64,000 nucleotides of DNA, taken from assembly GCA_027923505.1 (NCBI GenBank), contig BROI01000014.1, positions 1-64,000 of the forward strand, written 5' to 3'. The position numbers and the translations under genes were made by a program. Below, piece by piece: positions 22,726 to 33,597 of this stretch (position 1 is its first letter; every line of letters begins with the position of its first letter). Origin of the DNA: Mayamaea pseudoterrestris. Lineage: Eukaryota. The notes under the pieces are model-generated. The model was not told the origin of the DNA, did no database searches, and saw only the letters and a list, made by a program, of their open reading frames with translations.

Positions 22726-23178
22726 TACCTCGATACCACAACGTCTTCATTTGTTTGGCGCATGACTCTGAGCATCTCATGCAACTTCATTGAAGAAAAA
22801 ACGTGGTCAGTATCGGTATGACACTCACCCACTCATCGGTCCGACACGTCTCGTCACTCCCTTAATCCGTCTTGGTCTTCCAGTACAATTGCTTTATGGA
22901 ATGCAATAAAACGCAAAGAATATTTTGATTGTATGTGATGTATTCACAATAGAAAATACAAATCGCCTAGAAATGTACAATTGCTTTACGACGGCATTAA
23001 AACGCAAAGGATGTCTTGACATTATTTGATGTGTTCACAATAGCCGGGCGGTTGCTAGCAGCATATCTCCGTGAGTCAAGTAGATATAAAATTAGTTTAA
23101 GCAGATTCACTCTGTTGGAATAGAGTCGTTCTCTACATTCAATGTATATTGTCAACTGAAAGCGAAAGCCCACTCGTA

Positions 23179-24519
23179 TCAAGTGGTGGCCTTGTTGCTC
23201 ACGTCTTTGTAGCTTCCTTTGAGTATCTTTAGCAAGATGCCAAACTCCGAGAGTTCCAAGCGTAATTGTGAAGTGGGTGTCTTGTGCTGCGTACTTATCA
23301 GTCCGTTGTAAACCTTTTCCACATCTTCAATTGACAGAGCATTGGCATCGTCAGCAAACGCAAAGGCCACTGCTCGCTGGGCATTGTGTAATGATAGTGA
23401 ATGCTGGCGCTCTTCGTCGAACGCATAAAAGAATCGTTGCAGATAGTAATCAGAGGATAATGATGACGACGACAAAGCATTCTCCGGCAGCTCTGTCGTC
23501 GAACAATCATCCACCCAGTCAAGCTGGTCGTTGCACAAGTGCCAGGACGCATTTGTAACGTGAAGAAGGTACATGGCATGCGCAAATACTGGAACGAATG
23601 CATTCTGAAAGCCCGTTGCAACGTAGCACATCCCCAAAATGATTCCAAGCAGCGTTTGCGTCGTAAAGGCAAGCCTTTGCTCTTTTACGCGGCTGGCAGT
23701 CAACGTTGCGCTTGCCGAAGTTGGAAGCGACTGCGATGACAACCCAAAAATGATGCCTTGTACAAGCACTGCCAATGGCAATGGCATGACGAGGCTGCAG
23801 TGAAGCAGAAGCAAGTGTCGAAACACCAAGTGCTCTGACACTGCAGCAACTATCGACACGACCAATGTTATTCCCAGTACTTGGCTCGTTGACGAGGACT
23901 TAAAAAGGGGTGACGCAACAAATAGCTGCGAATCTCGCTGCTCTTCTTTGCTGCGCGACCGTCGTCGTCCAAACATTGTCGCCGCCGCGTGTGTCATTGA
24001 TGACTGTCGATGCGACGCGTCCCGTCGATTAGAAGCCTTGTCCAAATACGTGTCCATGGCAATCATGGGAATGGCTGTCAGGCAAGCCATCAGTAGCGTT
24101 ATATGAAAATGGCCAGTCGCGTGTAAAGTAGCTGGGATAGCTGTAAGTATAGCAAAGTCTCCCAAAACGAGTGTCATTGTCACTGCCAGAACAAGCACGG
24201 TACCTTGTGATTGCATCATGTTTCTAATTGGGTCATTGTCAGTACCGGGCGGAGAAAGTGGTGACGACGAAGAAGGTGACGTGGATGGCGGAGCAGCTAT
24301 AGTAGCAGTTGCCGCCTCTGCCAATGCAAACTGCTCCTCGTGAATGTGTCTATTGCGATAAAACAAGGGTTGATGACATTGAGTTGCAGTGATGCCTCCA
24401 GCTGGTCGAGGGGCGATAGGTGTTGAAAATCGCCAAGATGTCGTTGTCAAAGCCGTCGCCTGCTCCACAGTACTGGCAGCCACTAGCGACACCAGATAAA
24501 ATCTCTTCGTAATCCTCAT
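23179..24519 (-). CDS. CPBP (Abi/CAAX-protease-like) multi-pass membrane protein with signal peptide and EF-hand-like C-terminus
   Basis: AAVSEHLVFR (motif 1 position), IIFGL, PVFAHAMY (motif 4 His) and FFYAFDEERQHSLS. Confidence 0.6.
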   Translation of the reverse strand: MRITKRFYLVSLVAASTVEQATALTTTSWRFSTPIAPRPAGGITATQCHQPLFYRNRHIHEEQFALAEAATATIAAPPSTSPSSSSPLSPPGTDNDPIRNMMQSQGTVLVLAVTMTLVLGDFAILTAIPATLHATGHFHITLLMACLTAIPMIAMDTYLDKASNRRDASHRQSSMTHAAATMFGRRRSRSKEEQRDSQLFVASPLFKSSSTSQVLGITLVVSIVAAVSEHLVFRHLLLLHCSLVMPLPLAVLVQGIIFGLSSQSLPTSASATLTASRVKEQRLAFTTQTLLGIILGMCYVATGFQNAFVPVFAHAMYLLHVTNASWHLCNDQLDWVDDCSTTELPENALSSSSLSSDYYLQRFFYAFDEERQHSLSLHNAQRAVAFAFADDANALSIEDVEKVYNGLISTQHKTPTSQLRLELSEFGILLKILKGSYKDVSNKATT

Positions 24520-24816
24520 GATGATTATCGATATGACACTCGTTAGCGCTAGACACTCGGAGGGACTATCCGTTGATGTCCTGCTGGAAGGAGGACGAAA
24601 AAGCAAGTGTCAAGCGCAACTCGGTCACCTGTCACGCCGGAACATCGAAGATCTCGTGACTTGACACTCATGACTCGATCGTTGACACTTGCGTGACATC
24701 AATCTCGCGATCCAAAACTCAATTGTGACGTCATCGCCATGCTCGCCATCCACTCGACGACCATGACGAGACAGCCGCTGCACGGCTGCTGCTCCCGGTA
24801 CATTTGAAAAACATTC

Positions 24817-26922
24817 ATGTTTAAGATGATGAGATATACATCAATTTCTTGTTGTAATCGCTTGTCTTCCATCTCGTCAAAAAGGATCAGTACTAGTAAT
24901 GGTCTGATTGCTTGGTCGACGCAGACAACTACTCCTTGCACTCTTTCTTCAACAAGCAACCATCGGATCCTTATCAGAACAAACACTTCAACATCATCTA
25001 TTCCAACAACATCATGCTCGCAACCTCTTGGAACTCCTCTGCCATACGACGAACACGCCTGCAGCGTCTCTCTTCCAACTTGGGCCTCGGTGGTTGGCTA
25101 CGAGGAGGGAGATCCCAGCGTGACTATGGAAATGAAGTGCGGCTATCCTCGCTTTGTCTACCATCCGTATGTCTTGCAGCTCATGAAGGAAACGTTGAAA
25201 ACGCATGGAAATGAGAATGAAGATTGCTTGGTGCTGCCGTCGGAGCAAGCGGCTCATCGGTGTCTTGGCTTTCTCGCCAAGGCTTTGCATGGAACGAGCG
25301 TTTCCAGCAGCATTGACAATGCACTGCCGCATCAAAAAGCAAACGCAAACACTACATCAAAGCAACAGCAGCACTCGAACATTCGCGTCGTTCCAGTATC
25401 GACGCAAGTATATGCCGTCTTGTTTCCGGCCGAAACAGTCGCTGGCGTGGAAGCCAAGGCGTACTGGCAGCATACGGGCGAAGTGGTGAGCTCCAGGCGC
25501 GCCGAGCAAGCCTTGCAGGAACTCGGCTTAGACGTGGAGCAGCAAGTTACGTCTCCGTATACGGTCTATCATGCGTCAGCGATTGATGCGAGTCGGAATA
25601 GTGCAGCGAATGCAAATGCAAGTAATGACACTACATCGAGGCCGATGGAACCACACAACGCACTACGAACGAGGATTGCTGAATGGGCCATGGTGCCTTC
25701 ACATGAAAACGTATTCTTGACGCCATCAGGCATGTCGGCCATTTATCATGCCTTGCGTGCTTCCCGGCGCTATCAGTTGAGTTTGAGCGACAATCATGAC
25801 GTTGATGCTGGCCATCTCAGAAGAACCAACAGCAGCAGCAACAAGGGCGGCACAGCCATTGTATATGGATTCCCCTATCTGGATACGCTTAAAATGTGCT
25901 CGCGATCCGAACTCGTACCAGGTGGAGTGGAATTCTTTGGACGAGGCAACAAACAAGACTTGCACAACTTGGAAGCCATGCTTCGAAAGCGGGGATTGAA
26001 TCGCAACTATTGCGCACTCCTGTCCGAAGTTCCAAGCAATCCACTGCTGCAGTGTCCCGACTTGTACAAATTGCGAGAGCTGGCAGATGAGTTTAACTTC
26101 ATGTTGATATTGGACGATACGATTGCCAATTTCTTGAACGTTGATCTGATTACGACGGGCCTTGCCGATGCGGTCTGCACGTCACTCACCAAGCTGGCGT
26201 CGGGTCGCGGCGATGCAATGGCAGGAAGCATCGTTGCCAACCCAAATACAAGCAAAGGAAGGTGGCTGCAGCAAGATTTGCAGCAGCATCACAACCATAT
26301 GGACTTGTTTCAAGCGGATGCAGCTGCGATTCTTTTCAATTCGATTGACTTTCGTGAGCGCAACGCGACAATCAACGCCAACGCCGAAGGTTTGGCCGAC
26401 TGGTTGAATGAACATGAGGATGTCAAGACCGTCTACTATCCCAAGCACGTATCGTCGTCCGGGCTGTACAAAGATTTGCAAACCGCTAATGGTGGCTTTG
26501 GCGGTTTGTTCAGCATGATTTTGCACTCCCACATGTGTCAACGAACATTTTACGATGCGCTGGATGTTGCCAAGGGACCAAGCCTTGGAACAGACTTTAC
26601 TCTGGTATGTCCGTACACGTTGCTGGCACACTACCACGAATTGGACTTTGCCATGAGCTACGACGTTGCGCCAAACTTGGTTCGTGTGGCTGTTGGACTT
26701 GAGCCGCTAGACGACATGAAGCAAAAGTTTGCGTCGGCTCTCCGACAAAGCAAGCTGCATCCAAAAGTCTGCATGGAGAGCTTGGAACAACGACGTGCAT
26801 ACTCGACAACGACATGTCACGCAAAGCGATGTGACGTTGTTGCACGAACAAGTAGTGGAAACGTCGGTGCTCGGCAACGATGTCATGCAGCGCCACGAAC
26901 CACGTCTTTCTTTGTGCGGTAG
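24817..26922 (+). CDS. Cystathionine gamma-synthase (STR2-like, PLP-dependent), organelle-targeting N-terminus
   Basis: GYPRF, PSGMSAI, EVPSNPLL, DDT, SLTK (PLP lysine) and KGPSLGTDFTLVCPYTLLAHY. Confidence 0.9.
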   Translation: MFKMMRYTSISCCNRLSSISSKRISTSNGLIAWSTQTTTPCTLSSTSNHRILIRTNTSTSSIPTTSCSQPLGTPLPYDEHACSVSLPTWASVVGYEEGDPSVTMEMKCGYPRFVYHPYVLQLMKETLKTHGNENEDCLVLPSEQAAHRCLGFLAKALHGTSVSSSIDNALPHQKANANTTSKQQQHSNIRVVPVSTQVYAVLFPAETVAGVEAKAYWQHTGEVVSSRRAEQALQELGLDVEQQVTSPYTVYHASAIDASRNSAANANASNDTTSRPMEPHNALRTRIAEWAMVPSHENVFLTPSGMSAIYHALRASRRYQLSLSDNHDVDAGHLRRTNSSSNKGGTAIVYGFPYLDTLKMCSRSELVPGGVEFFGRGNKQDLHNLEAMLRKRGLNRNYCALLSEVPSNPLLQCPDLYKLRELADEFNFMLILDDTIANFLNVDLITTGLADAVCTSLTKLASGRGDAMAGSIVANPNTSKGRWLQQDLQQHHNHMDLFQADAAAILFNSIDFRERNATINANAEGLADWLNEHEDVKTVYYPKHVSSSGLYKDLQTANGGFGGLFSMILHSHMCQRTFYDALDVAKGPSLGTDFTLVCPYTLLAHYHELDFAMSYDVAPNLVRVAVGLEPLDDMKQKFASALRQSKLHPKVCMESLEQRRAYSTTTCHAKRCDVVARTSSGNVGARQRCHAAPRTTSFFVR

Positions 26923-27201
26923 CTCTAAAGCCTATTCGTAAGGCTACGAATTAGTATGATACTAGAATAATTTTGAGCTACAAAATATTAGTATTACAAA
27001 CAATGTAGTAACGTGATGCATGGTGCATGAACACGAAATGATCGCTCATATTCGCACTCCACCGATTGTCAATTAAAAGCACTCAACTCTTCTCTCATCT
27101 TTTTATCAGTTCTCCTTTCATATAACAATGCAGATTCTTTCTCAAATTCAATCTCCATCTTTTCAAACAACTCAGTTAACGGCCAGCTCGTCGTTGGACT
27201 T

Positions 27202-27792
27202 TTACAAGGAACTTTCTTCGTCATCGCTTGCCATCCAGGCACTATACACGGCGCCCGCCAACAACAAGACAAACGTCGTTACCGCATAACCAGTCAAGAG
27301 CCGCGTCACCCATTGTACAACGACGGGAGCCAAGGCCAAGCGCTGCTGCTGCTGCTGCTGCTGCTGCTTGCGACGAGACATGCGTTCCTGGTAAATTTCC
27401 TCGTCCGAGTCTCCCGTCTGGTAGCCGCTATCGTCGTCGTCTTTGTAGCTGCACAATTCTTGGTTCACCTGTTGCACCACCGACGCCAGTGGCTGGCGTA
27501 ACGTCGTGGTTGGCGCTGATAACGTGGAAGGCACGACTGGCTGCTGCTTACAAACGGAGCGACTCTTTTGAGCATCCGCCGGCTGGTTCGCAAACTGCGT
27601 CTTGCTGACTCCAGCAGTCGTCGCTGCACGTTTCATGCGCGCATTCTGCTCCATAAAAACCTTGGCGCGAGAAAAGCCGTCCCGGTGCATTTTGATCTTG
27701 GCGGCCGTCGACATAGTGTTTGTGTCGTCGTCACGCTGCTGCTGCTGCTGCTGCTGTGCGTGGCGCTGCGCCAGAGTCTTTGCTGGTGCCAT
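27202..27792 (-). CDS. Hypothetical tail-anchored protein, Gln-rich
   Basis: 196-aa ATG ORF with polyQ tracts and a C-terminal TM (YAVTTFVLLLAGAVYSAW). Confidence 0.55.
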   Translation of the reverse strand: MAPAKTLAQRHAQQQQQQQRDDDTNTMSTAAKIKMHRDGFSRAKVFMEQNARMKRAATTAGVSKTQFANQPADAQKSRSVCKQQPVVPSTLSAPTTTLRQPLASVVQQVNQELCSYKDDDDSGYQTGDSDEEIYQERMSRRKQQQQQQQQRLALAPVVVQWVTRLLTGYAVTTFVLLLAGAVYSAWMASDDEESSL

Positions 27793-28280
27793 TGTTCAGA
27801 ACTATCTTGTAGTAAAATAGATGCTAATGTTATACTCAGAACAAGTGCAAGTCAATGAACGTGAGATTTACGACTGCTTCGCTCGTGGCGGCAGTCGAAT
27901 TGGGGTGTTGGATGAACCTTCGCCAACAGAACATCGCCGGTAGCAGTGCGACCTCACAGGCAATAGTAAGAAAAATATAAGTGAAAATGAAAACTTCGTC
28001 ATTAGGCAATAGTATAAAACAACTCACTGATTATTGTAGTGAAAACTATTCATCAGGTACAACGGTTGCCAGTGAGACAAGACAGAGAGATACCGGTACG
28101 ACTCGTGGGTCACGGATGAGCAAGATTGGCCGGCGAAATGACCACAACTTCACATCTTGCTTGCTTTGATTTTGTCGACAGGCTCAAACAATCAATCCAC
28201 ATAAAGGAGGTTGGACGCCCTGCCAAAGTGAACAAGTCATTGTCGCATCTGAAACTTCAGATCCCGCTCAATCAGCCACC

Positions 28281-29024
28281 ATGAATACTCGCTTCGCAAC
28301 AAGATCCTTCCGATGCATCCTCCAACCACCATCTTGCACCCTGACACTGGCAGCCGTTTTCACCACCATGCTCCTCTGCCTCTTGCCGACAAGATCAGCC
28401 GCAACCATGTCGGCCAACGACTTTCAACTGACTGGCTGGTGGTCCGATATGCTGGTGAACGAACGAGCCGGTCTCTTTGATCCAACACTCCTCTGCAAGG
28501 GTCAGTTTCAGCCCATTCAGGACGGTCCACTCTTGGACGGCACGGGCGCCACCTGCTACATGAATCCCATTGCCGCCTCGTTTCGAAGTCCCACAATACT
28601 GTGGTTTCACGACGGCAATGGCCTCGACAAGCAAGCGCCGGGCTTTACCATGTACGCCGTTGCTTTCAAAGTACAAAACTTTACGGAATACTGGCCGACA
28701 GACTGCAACGACAATGGCGTCTGCTCCGACTGCTCCAACTTTGATCCCATTCGCAAGGGATACGGCACTGCCAATGACGAAACTTGTGACATACTAGAGT
28801 CGGACAAGTTGTGCGCGCATACGAGCTACTACGATGGTGTGTGGAACGTTTCCGACTGCGCCTTGGTGGCACAAGTCGCCGACGATTCGGGTGCCATGAT
28901 GGCGAGCTGGAAGCAAGTGGGGGGTTTTGATGAAAGTAAAGCTGCTGGTGGTAGTAAATGGAATGCATGGGTGCTGCTGGTGGCGAGTCTCGTGGCGACG
29001 ATGGGAGCGGTAACGGCTTTTTAG
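28281..29024 (+). CDS. Secreted Cys-rich protein with C-terminal hydrophobic tail (putative GPI anchor)
   Basis: Signal-like N-terminus, multiple Cys, small-residue site AAGGS followed by WVLLVASLVATMGAVTAF. Confidence 0.65.
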   Translation: MNTRFATRSFRCILQPPSCTLTLAAVFTTMLLCLLPTRSAATMSANDFQLTGWWSDMLVNERAGLFDPTLLCKGQFQPIQDGPLLDGTGATCYMNPIAASFRSPTILWFHDGNGLDKQAPGFTMYAVAFKVQNFTEYWPTDCNDNGVCSDCSNFDPIRKGYGTANDETCDILESDKLCAHTSYYDGVWNVSDCALVAQVADDSGAMMASWKQVGGFDESKAAGGSKWNAWVLLVASLVATMGAVTAF

Positions 29025-29230
29025 GTCGAGAGTTTCGTCTATCTGTGCAGATATATGTTATTAGTGAAAACATTGTGATTTGAAAATGACTGTGAGTCTA
29101 TACTACAATACGCCGGGTCTAAATTATGCGTTTGGGCGTGTGTCCGCACGCGTATCGACCGCAAACGAAAGTACTTAAATGGAGATAAAATGTATGGAGT
29201 ACCATTCGCTCATAAAGACGAGAAAAAATC

Positions 29231-30811
29231 TTACCTTGCACTACTGCACGTGTCCGTCCTCGTCGCCAATCGCCTCGATCCGTATCGGTGCTTGTCGGAA
29301 ACGTGGCTCATGCGCGAGCCAAACTGAATGGCGCGCTTGACGGCAATGCTCGCCGCTGGCAGTCCCAACCGTTCCGCTACCAATCGTAGTATGCGTTTGT
29401 CACCTTGACCAGGTGGAAGACCATAGTCGCATACCAAATCAAGTGGAATCTCCTTCAAATAACACACCACGTGCGGATCCAAAAACGGAAACCTCGCTTC
29501 ATGCGCCGTGTCACTCAATACCCGATCGTCTCGACCAAGATTGCGTTCCCAGATGCGCTCCAAGTCCAAATCAAGTTCATTTCGCAATCTTGCGGCACCA
29601 CCTTGCATATACGCCTTGCGGTGCCGTCCATAGCCGCCCATTAACTCATCCGCGCCCAGGCCGCTTATAATCAAGCGGTTTGGACATGCACGTCCGGCGA
29701 ACCATAGTGCCGTGCCAATGTTCAAGTCCATGACGGAGCATGACTTTGGGTATGCGAGTTGCTGAATATGCGGCGTGTGTTGCTGTATTTCGGTCCAACT
29801 GACGCGACTCTCCAATAGATGAATAACATGACGCGGAAAACGCTGTTGCAAGTCATGGTAACTCGCCCGCGCCGCCAACGTGTCAGCCGCCACAATTGCC
29901 GTGTGCGATTCCACGTCGTCGTCGACAAAGCAAACGTTCACCAGCGTCAATGTTGATTGCTCGGGCGCCAAAACTTGCAGCACCATGGCGGCCAAGACGG
30001 CCGAGTCGAGTCCGCCGGAAAAGAGCACTGAAACTGCATTGTGACTGGAAACGCGGCGTCGCACGGCCTGCAGCAGTCGTTGCTCCAACTGCATCGACGC
30101 GTCCGTCATGCAAGTAAGCGGTTGACAATTGAATGGTGCGGGCAGTAATGGAAACGGAATGGACGGAACGATGTCGACGCTTGACGTTGATTGCGTATCC
30201 AGTTGGTACACATGCAGCTTGCCAGGCTCCACTTCCTTCCAAATGCGCGTCGCACCAGTGGAGACGGACGACAATTGCCAAGACGGTTCTCTGCTGCTGG
30301 CGTCACTATTTGCGAGTAGCAGGGACCTTCGGCCAAACGCGTCGCGCGCGTAGTAAATCGCACTTGGTGTGACGACGACTAGAGCATACGCGGCGTTCAC
30401 CAAGCGTGCGAATGTTTCGACAATCGCAGCCGCCATATCCGCGTCTTGATTTTCGTTTTGCTCCTGCATACATTGCCTTATCATGCCTGCCACCAGATTC
30501 GTATCCGATTCTTCCGACGCGTACGAGTCGGAAATGGTGTCAGAGTCGTCGTTGCCAATCGTCTGGTAAACTTCTCCGTTCCACGCCAAGTACACGTCTT
30601 GTTGGATGCAAACTGGCTGCTGGACCAATTCGCGGCGCATGTTTAACACCGAGGATTGCAGTGTAATCCTTTGCGTTATATTGCTCTTGGTCGCAGCAGT
30701 GAGCGTGACACGCTGGACGGAATCTGGTCCCCGGCGTTTTAGCCAGTCGGGAAATTCAATCTCTTCATTGTTTTCATTGTTGTCATGAATCAAGACATTG
30801 ATGCCACACAT
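29231..30811 (-). CDS. ASNSD1: Asparagine synthetase domain-containing protein 1
   Basis: MCGI start, RRGPD, WNGEVY, RDAFGRRSLL, LFSGGLDS, SGLGADELMGGYGRH, RNLGRDDR and KRAIQFGSR. Confidence 0.9.
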   Translation of the reverse strand: MCGINVLIHDNNENNEEIEFPDWLKRRGPDSVQRVTLTAATKSNITQRITLQSSVLNMRRELVQQPVCIQQDVYLAWNGEVYQTIGNDDSDTISDSYASEESDTNLVAGMIRQCMQEQNENQDADMAAAIVETFARLVNAAYALVVVTPSAIYYARDAFGRRSLLLANSDASSREPSWQLSSVSTGATRIWKEVEPGKLHVYQLDTQSTSSVDIVPSIPFPLLPAPFNCQPLTCMTDASMQLEQRLLQAVRRRVSSHNAVSVLFSGGLDSAVLAAMVLQVLAPEQSTLTLVNVCFVDDDVESHTAIVAADTLAARASYHDLQQRFPRHVIHLLESRVSWTEIQQHTPHIQQLAYPKSCSVMDLNIGTALWFAGRACPNRLIISGLGADELMGGYGRHRKAYMQGGAARLRNELDLDLERIWERNLGRDDRVLSDTAHEARFPFLDPHVVCYLKEIPLDLVCDYGLPPGQGDKRILRLVAERLGLPAASIAVKRAIQFGSRMSHVSDKHRYGSRRLATRTDTCSSAR

Positions 30812-31305
30812 GAATGGAAGGAGCGAAACGATAACACAAGGAGCTCCTTTCGTAGCAGCAATGAATGATACGGTCGCGGTGATGGTCGTCCTTTCGCTCA
30901 AATTATGCCGCAACAATACCTATTTACTGCGAGAATGGCACGATGCTGCATCAAGACAAAATCTCTCGTTGCTTTTGGTGCAAAAAAGACGTATACTGTA
31001 TGACTGCAGTCGCCATTGTCGAATTGCAGTGGAAGGTTCACAGTACGTAGCTTCGTGACCTTGCAAGTCGTTTCTGAGTTTAGCGAGATAGCTAACCATC
31101 GGGTGTCAGCGAAGCAGTCGTGTCAACGTCACCCAGATTTCTCGTTTCGACTCTTGCGCGACCATTGTCATCGAGTCGAGAGAACACCAAAGGAAAGCTT
31201 CCATCGTCTACTTGCTGCAATTGGATTCGTTTAGACTCATGACATGTGCAATCAAAAAATTACATCGGCAAAGAATACAACCATAATAGAAAAACGAGTT
31301 TGATT

Positions 31306-32070
31306 ATGGCGAATAAACGCCGCTGCTCAATAACTTCGAGGCCACTTGCATCGTCAAACATGTCGGCACCACCACCGAAACGAACCAAGCGTCGCCATAC
31401 GGTTCACTTTGCAGCCAATTCAGTCAGCGAGTACCACTGCTGCGCCGTCGATACATATTTGAGCAAGTGTGAGGATCGCTCAAAAACTACCTTGGGAACG
31501 CAGGAAAGTTGGCTATCGGTAAGTGCCTGTCAGCCAACGTATCGAGTACTATAGAGACAGTAAAGCTAACAGCTGTTTGACACTCTTCAGGCGCAAGACT
31601 ATAAGGCATATTGGTCTGAGAGCTTGAACACCATTCGGCATAGGCTTGGTCGCAAAGGGCCCCTTGATGATGAAAACATGACAATACGCGGGCTCGAAAC
31701 GTATGAAAGCAAATCGCTGCACGACGAGTGGACCATGGACCGCATGTTGCACCGCGTGGCAGTGCTGCGACTTGATCAAAAACAGAAGCAGCAGCGACGA
31801 GTCATGACTCACGTTTCACCAAGCTGCAGCGACAAATGTCACGATGGTTCTTCTTCGCGGCTACAGGTGGTGAGAAACGAGCAAGCGCAGGAGCTTGCGA
31901 ATGCCAGTTTGAAATTGTCAAGGAGAGCCATCCACCGAGCGCGAAAATTGGCAATGGCAGATGAATTGGACGTTGCCAAAAGTGCAGCCGAGCCAATAAG
32001 ATCCAATCGTCGTTCGCTGTCGTTACGTTCCTTGGTATTTGGATTTCACTGCCCATTGCTACACGCGTAA
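31306..32070 (+). CDS. Diatom-type hypothetical protein, 2 exons (intron 31519-31590)
   Basis: Intron gtaagt...gctaac...cttcag joins ESWLS|AQDYKAYW in frame; HTVHF, IRGLE and ARKLAMADE segments. Confidence 0.7.
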
Positions 32071-32108
32071 AGAATCTTCTAAAGATAATTCAAGCGAAGA
32101 GCGATCAA

Positions 32109-32363
32109 CGATGGAGTGGCGCAGTGGCGCTCCCGGCTCACTACAGCCTGATCGCGTGACGGCGTGGCAGCGATGCTTCGACGAGATTAAGACGGTTATA
32201 TTGCTCAACCCGTTGCAGTATAGAAGTTAACAAGTGGATTTACTAATTTTGACGAGTTAGGAAAGCGATTTATTCGTCTCTCGTATTGGAGCAACAGCAA
32301 CTGCAAGCTTGGATTGGCCATCCAAGGACAGCTACAAGCGATAGTTGCACGATTTAATTTACA
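32109..32363 (+). mobile_element. Diverged solo LTR (or LTR remnant) related to the LTR at 4063-4319 / 7451-7707, in opposite orientation
   Basis: The reverse complement aligns along the whole LTR, with long identical blocks (cgcttgtagctgtccttggatggccaatccaagcttgcagttgct; caatacgagagacgaataaatcgctttc). Ends ...tttaca. Confidence 0.88.
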
Positions 32364-32536
32364 ACAAGCTTCTCGTGCACGCGCAGCGTGTACATGCTGT
32401 TCATAGCAAAAGTGACACTTATTGTTATAGTCTATTTGTGGTAGCATGTATCACTGATAGCTGATGCAGGCGCAAACGTTTGCTGGTCAAAAATGCATCT
32501 GAAAAAAATCACGAGGCAAACGCCCCATCATCATTT

Positions 32537-33064
32537 TTACCGATTGCCTCCAAGGAGTGCATCCGCACTACGGAGAATGTTCAGAATGGAGGTTTTTCTT
32601 GTGCGACGTTCGCGAGCGTTTCTTGGTAGCGTCGACGCTGGCGTTGCTTCATTTGGCGCTTCATTATTTGGCGCGTTGGAAGAATGATGCGCATCGCTTC
32701 TCGTCTTGCTTCGCTGGTCCAATAAAACAGAAGACAGACAAGTAACAAGACAAATGCCTTCATCACTTTCGCTGCTGCATCCTTTCAAATTGGGTCTCGC
32801 TGCCATTTTGTAGTCATTCTCCTCGCACCAGTGCTCGATGCGTATCCGTAGCGCATGGTTCGTCACCAAATTGGAAGCGTTCAATGGTTTTCTTGTGAGC
32901 GGGCACGTATTGCCATGATTGACGAGCCACTCCAGTATGGCCGATCGATCGAAGGAGAGTCCCCATCGCGTCATGACGGGGCAAGCCATGATTTCGGTGG
33001 TAATGGGGCAAAGGAACGACTCGGGAATCTCTCTGTGTGGTGCTGTTGATGATGAGGACGCCAT
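32537..33064 (-). CDS. Small U-box domain protein (putative E3 ligase)
   Basis: IPESFLCPITTEIMACPV...SFDRSAILEWL...TCPLTRKPL...LVTNHALRIRIEHW. Confidence 0.92.
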   Translation of the reverse strand: MASSSSTAPHREIPESFLCPITTEIMACPVMTRWGLSFDRSAILEWLVNHGNTCPLTRKPLNASNLVTNHALRIRIEHWCEENDYKMAARPNLKGCSSESDEGICLVTCLSSVLLDQRSKTRSDAHHSSNAPNNEAPNEATPASTLPRNARERRTRKTSILNILRSADALLGGNR

Positions 33065-33597
33065 GGTAAAAGCAAGTACGATGCGGGACGATGAAGCAAG
33101 GTTGAATTTGAATTATGCGAGCTCAATCTGCTTGCACAACGAATGCAACCACGATCAACCGAGTGTTTTGGACGGCATTGCTGGCTAGGGGCGACGTGGT
33201 GATTGCGAAACGCTTCCATGGCCATGTGGCCGGACGCGTTGAACGCAGCGTCGACGTGAGTTACGCACGACTCACATCTCCGATCGGACACTCAAGGCAA
33301 CGACTGTGGCTATAGTAAAAATGACTACGTGGGCACTGATTTCGACAAAATCGAGCAATTGACATGCCCATGTGTACACAAAACGCATACTCAGCTCATT
33401 GAACTTCAACAGCCTTGTCTAACGCCGGGACAGCCTTGGCCTTCCTGCGTGGTGCTCGGTCGCGGTGGTGAGACCATCCGATTCAAATAAATACCAGTGC
33501 GATGCGATTCATGGTGACCCTCAACGCTAACTCGAGACGCCATCTGCACCGCCGCGGCCTCGCTTCACTTCCATCATTCGTCCATCCACCGATCACC

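Noticed and set aside
26790..26922. Presequence-like C-terminal tail (RRAYST...) on cystathionine gamma-synthase
   Set aside because: Low-complexity basic tail with no supporting evidence of function.
32205..32447. ORF similar to the ORFs at 4106 and 7494 (MANPSLQLL...)
   Set aside because: The similarity reflects shared LTR DNA, not a protein family.
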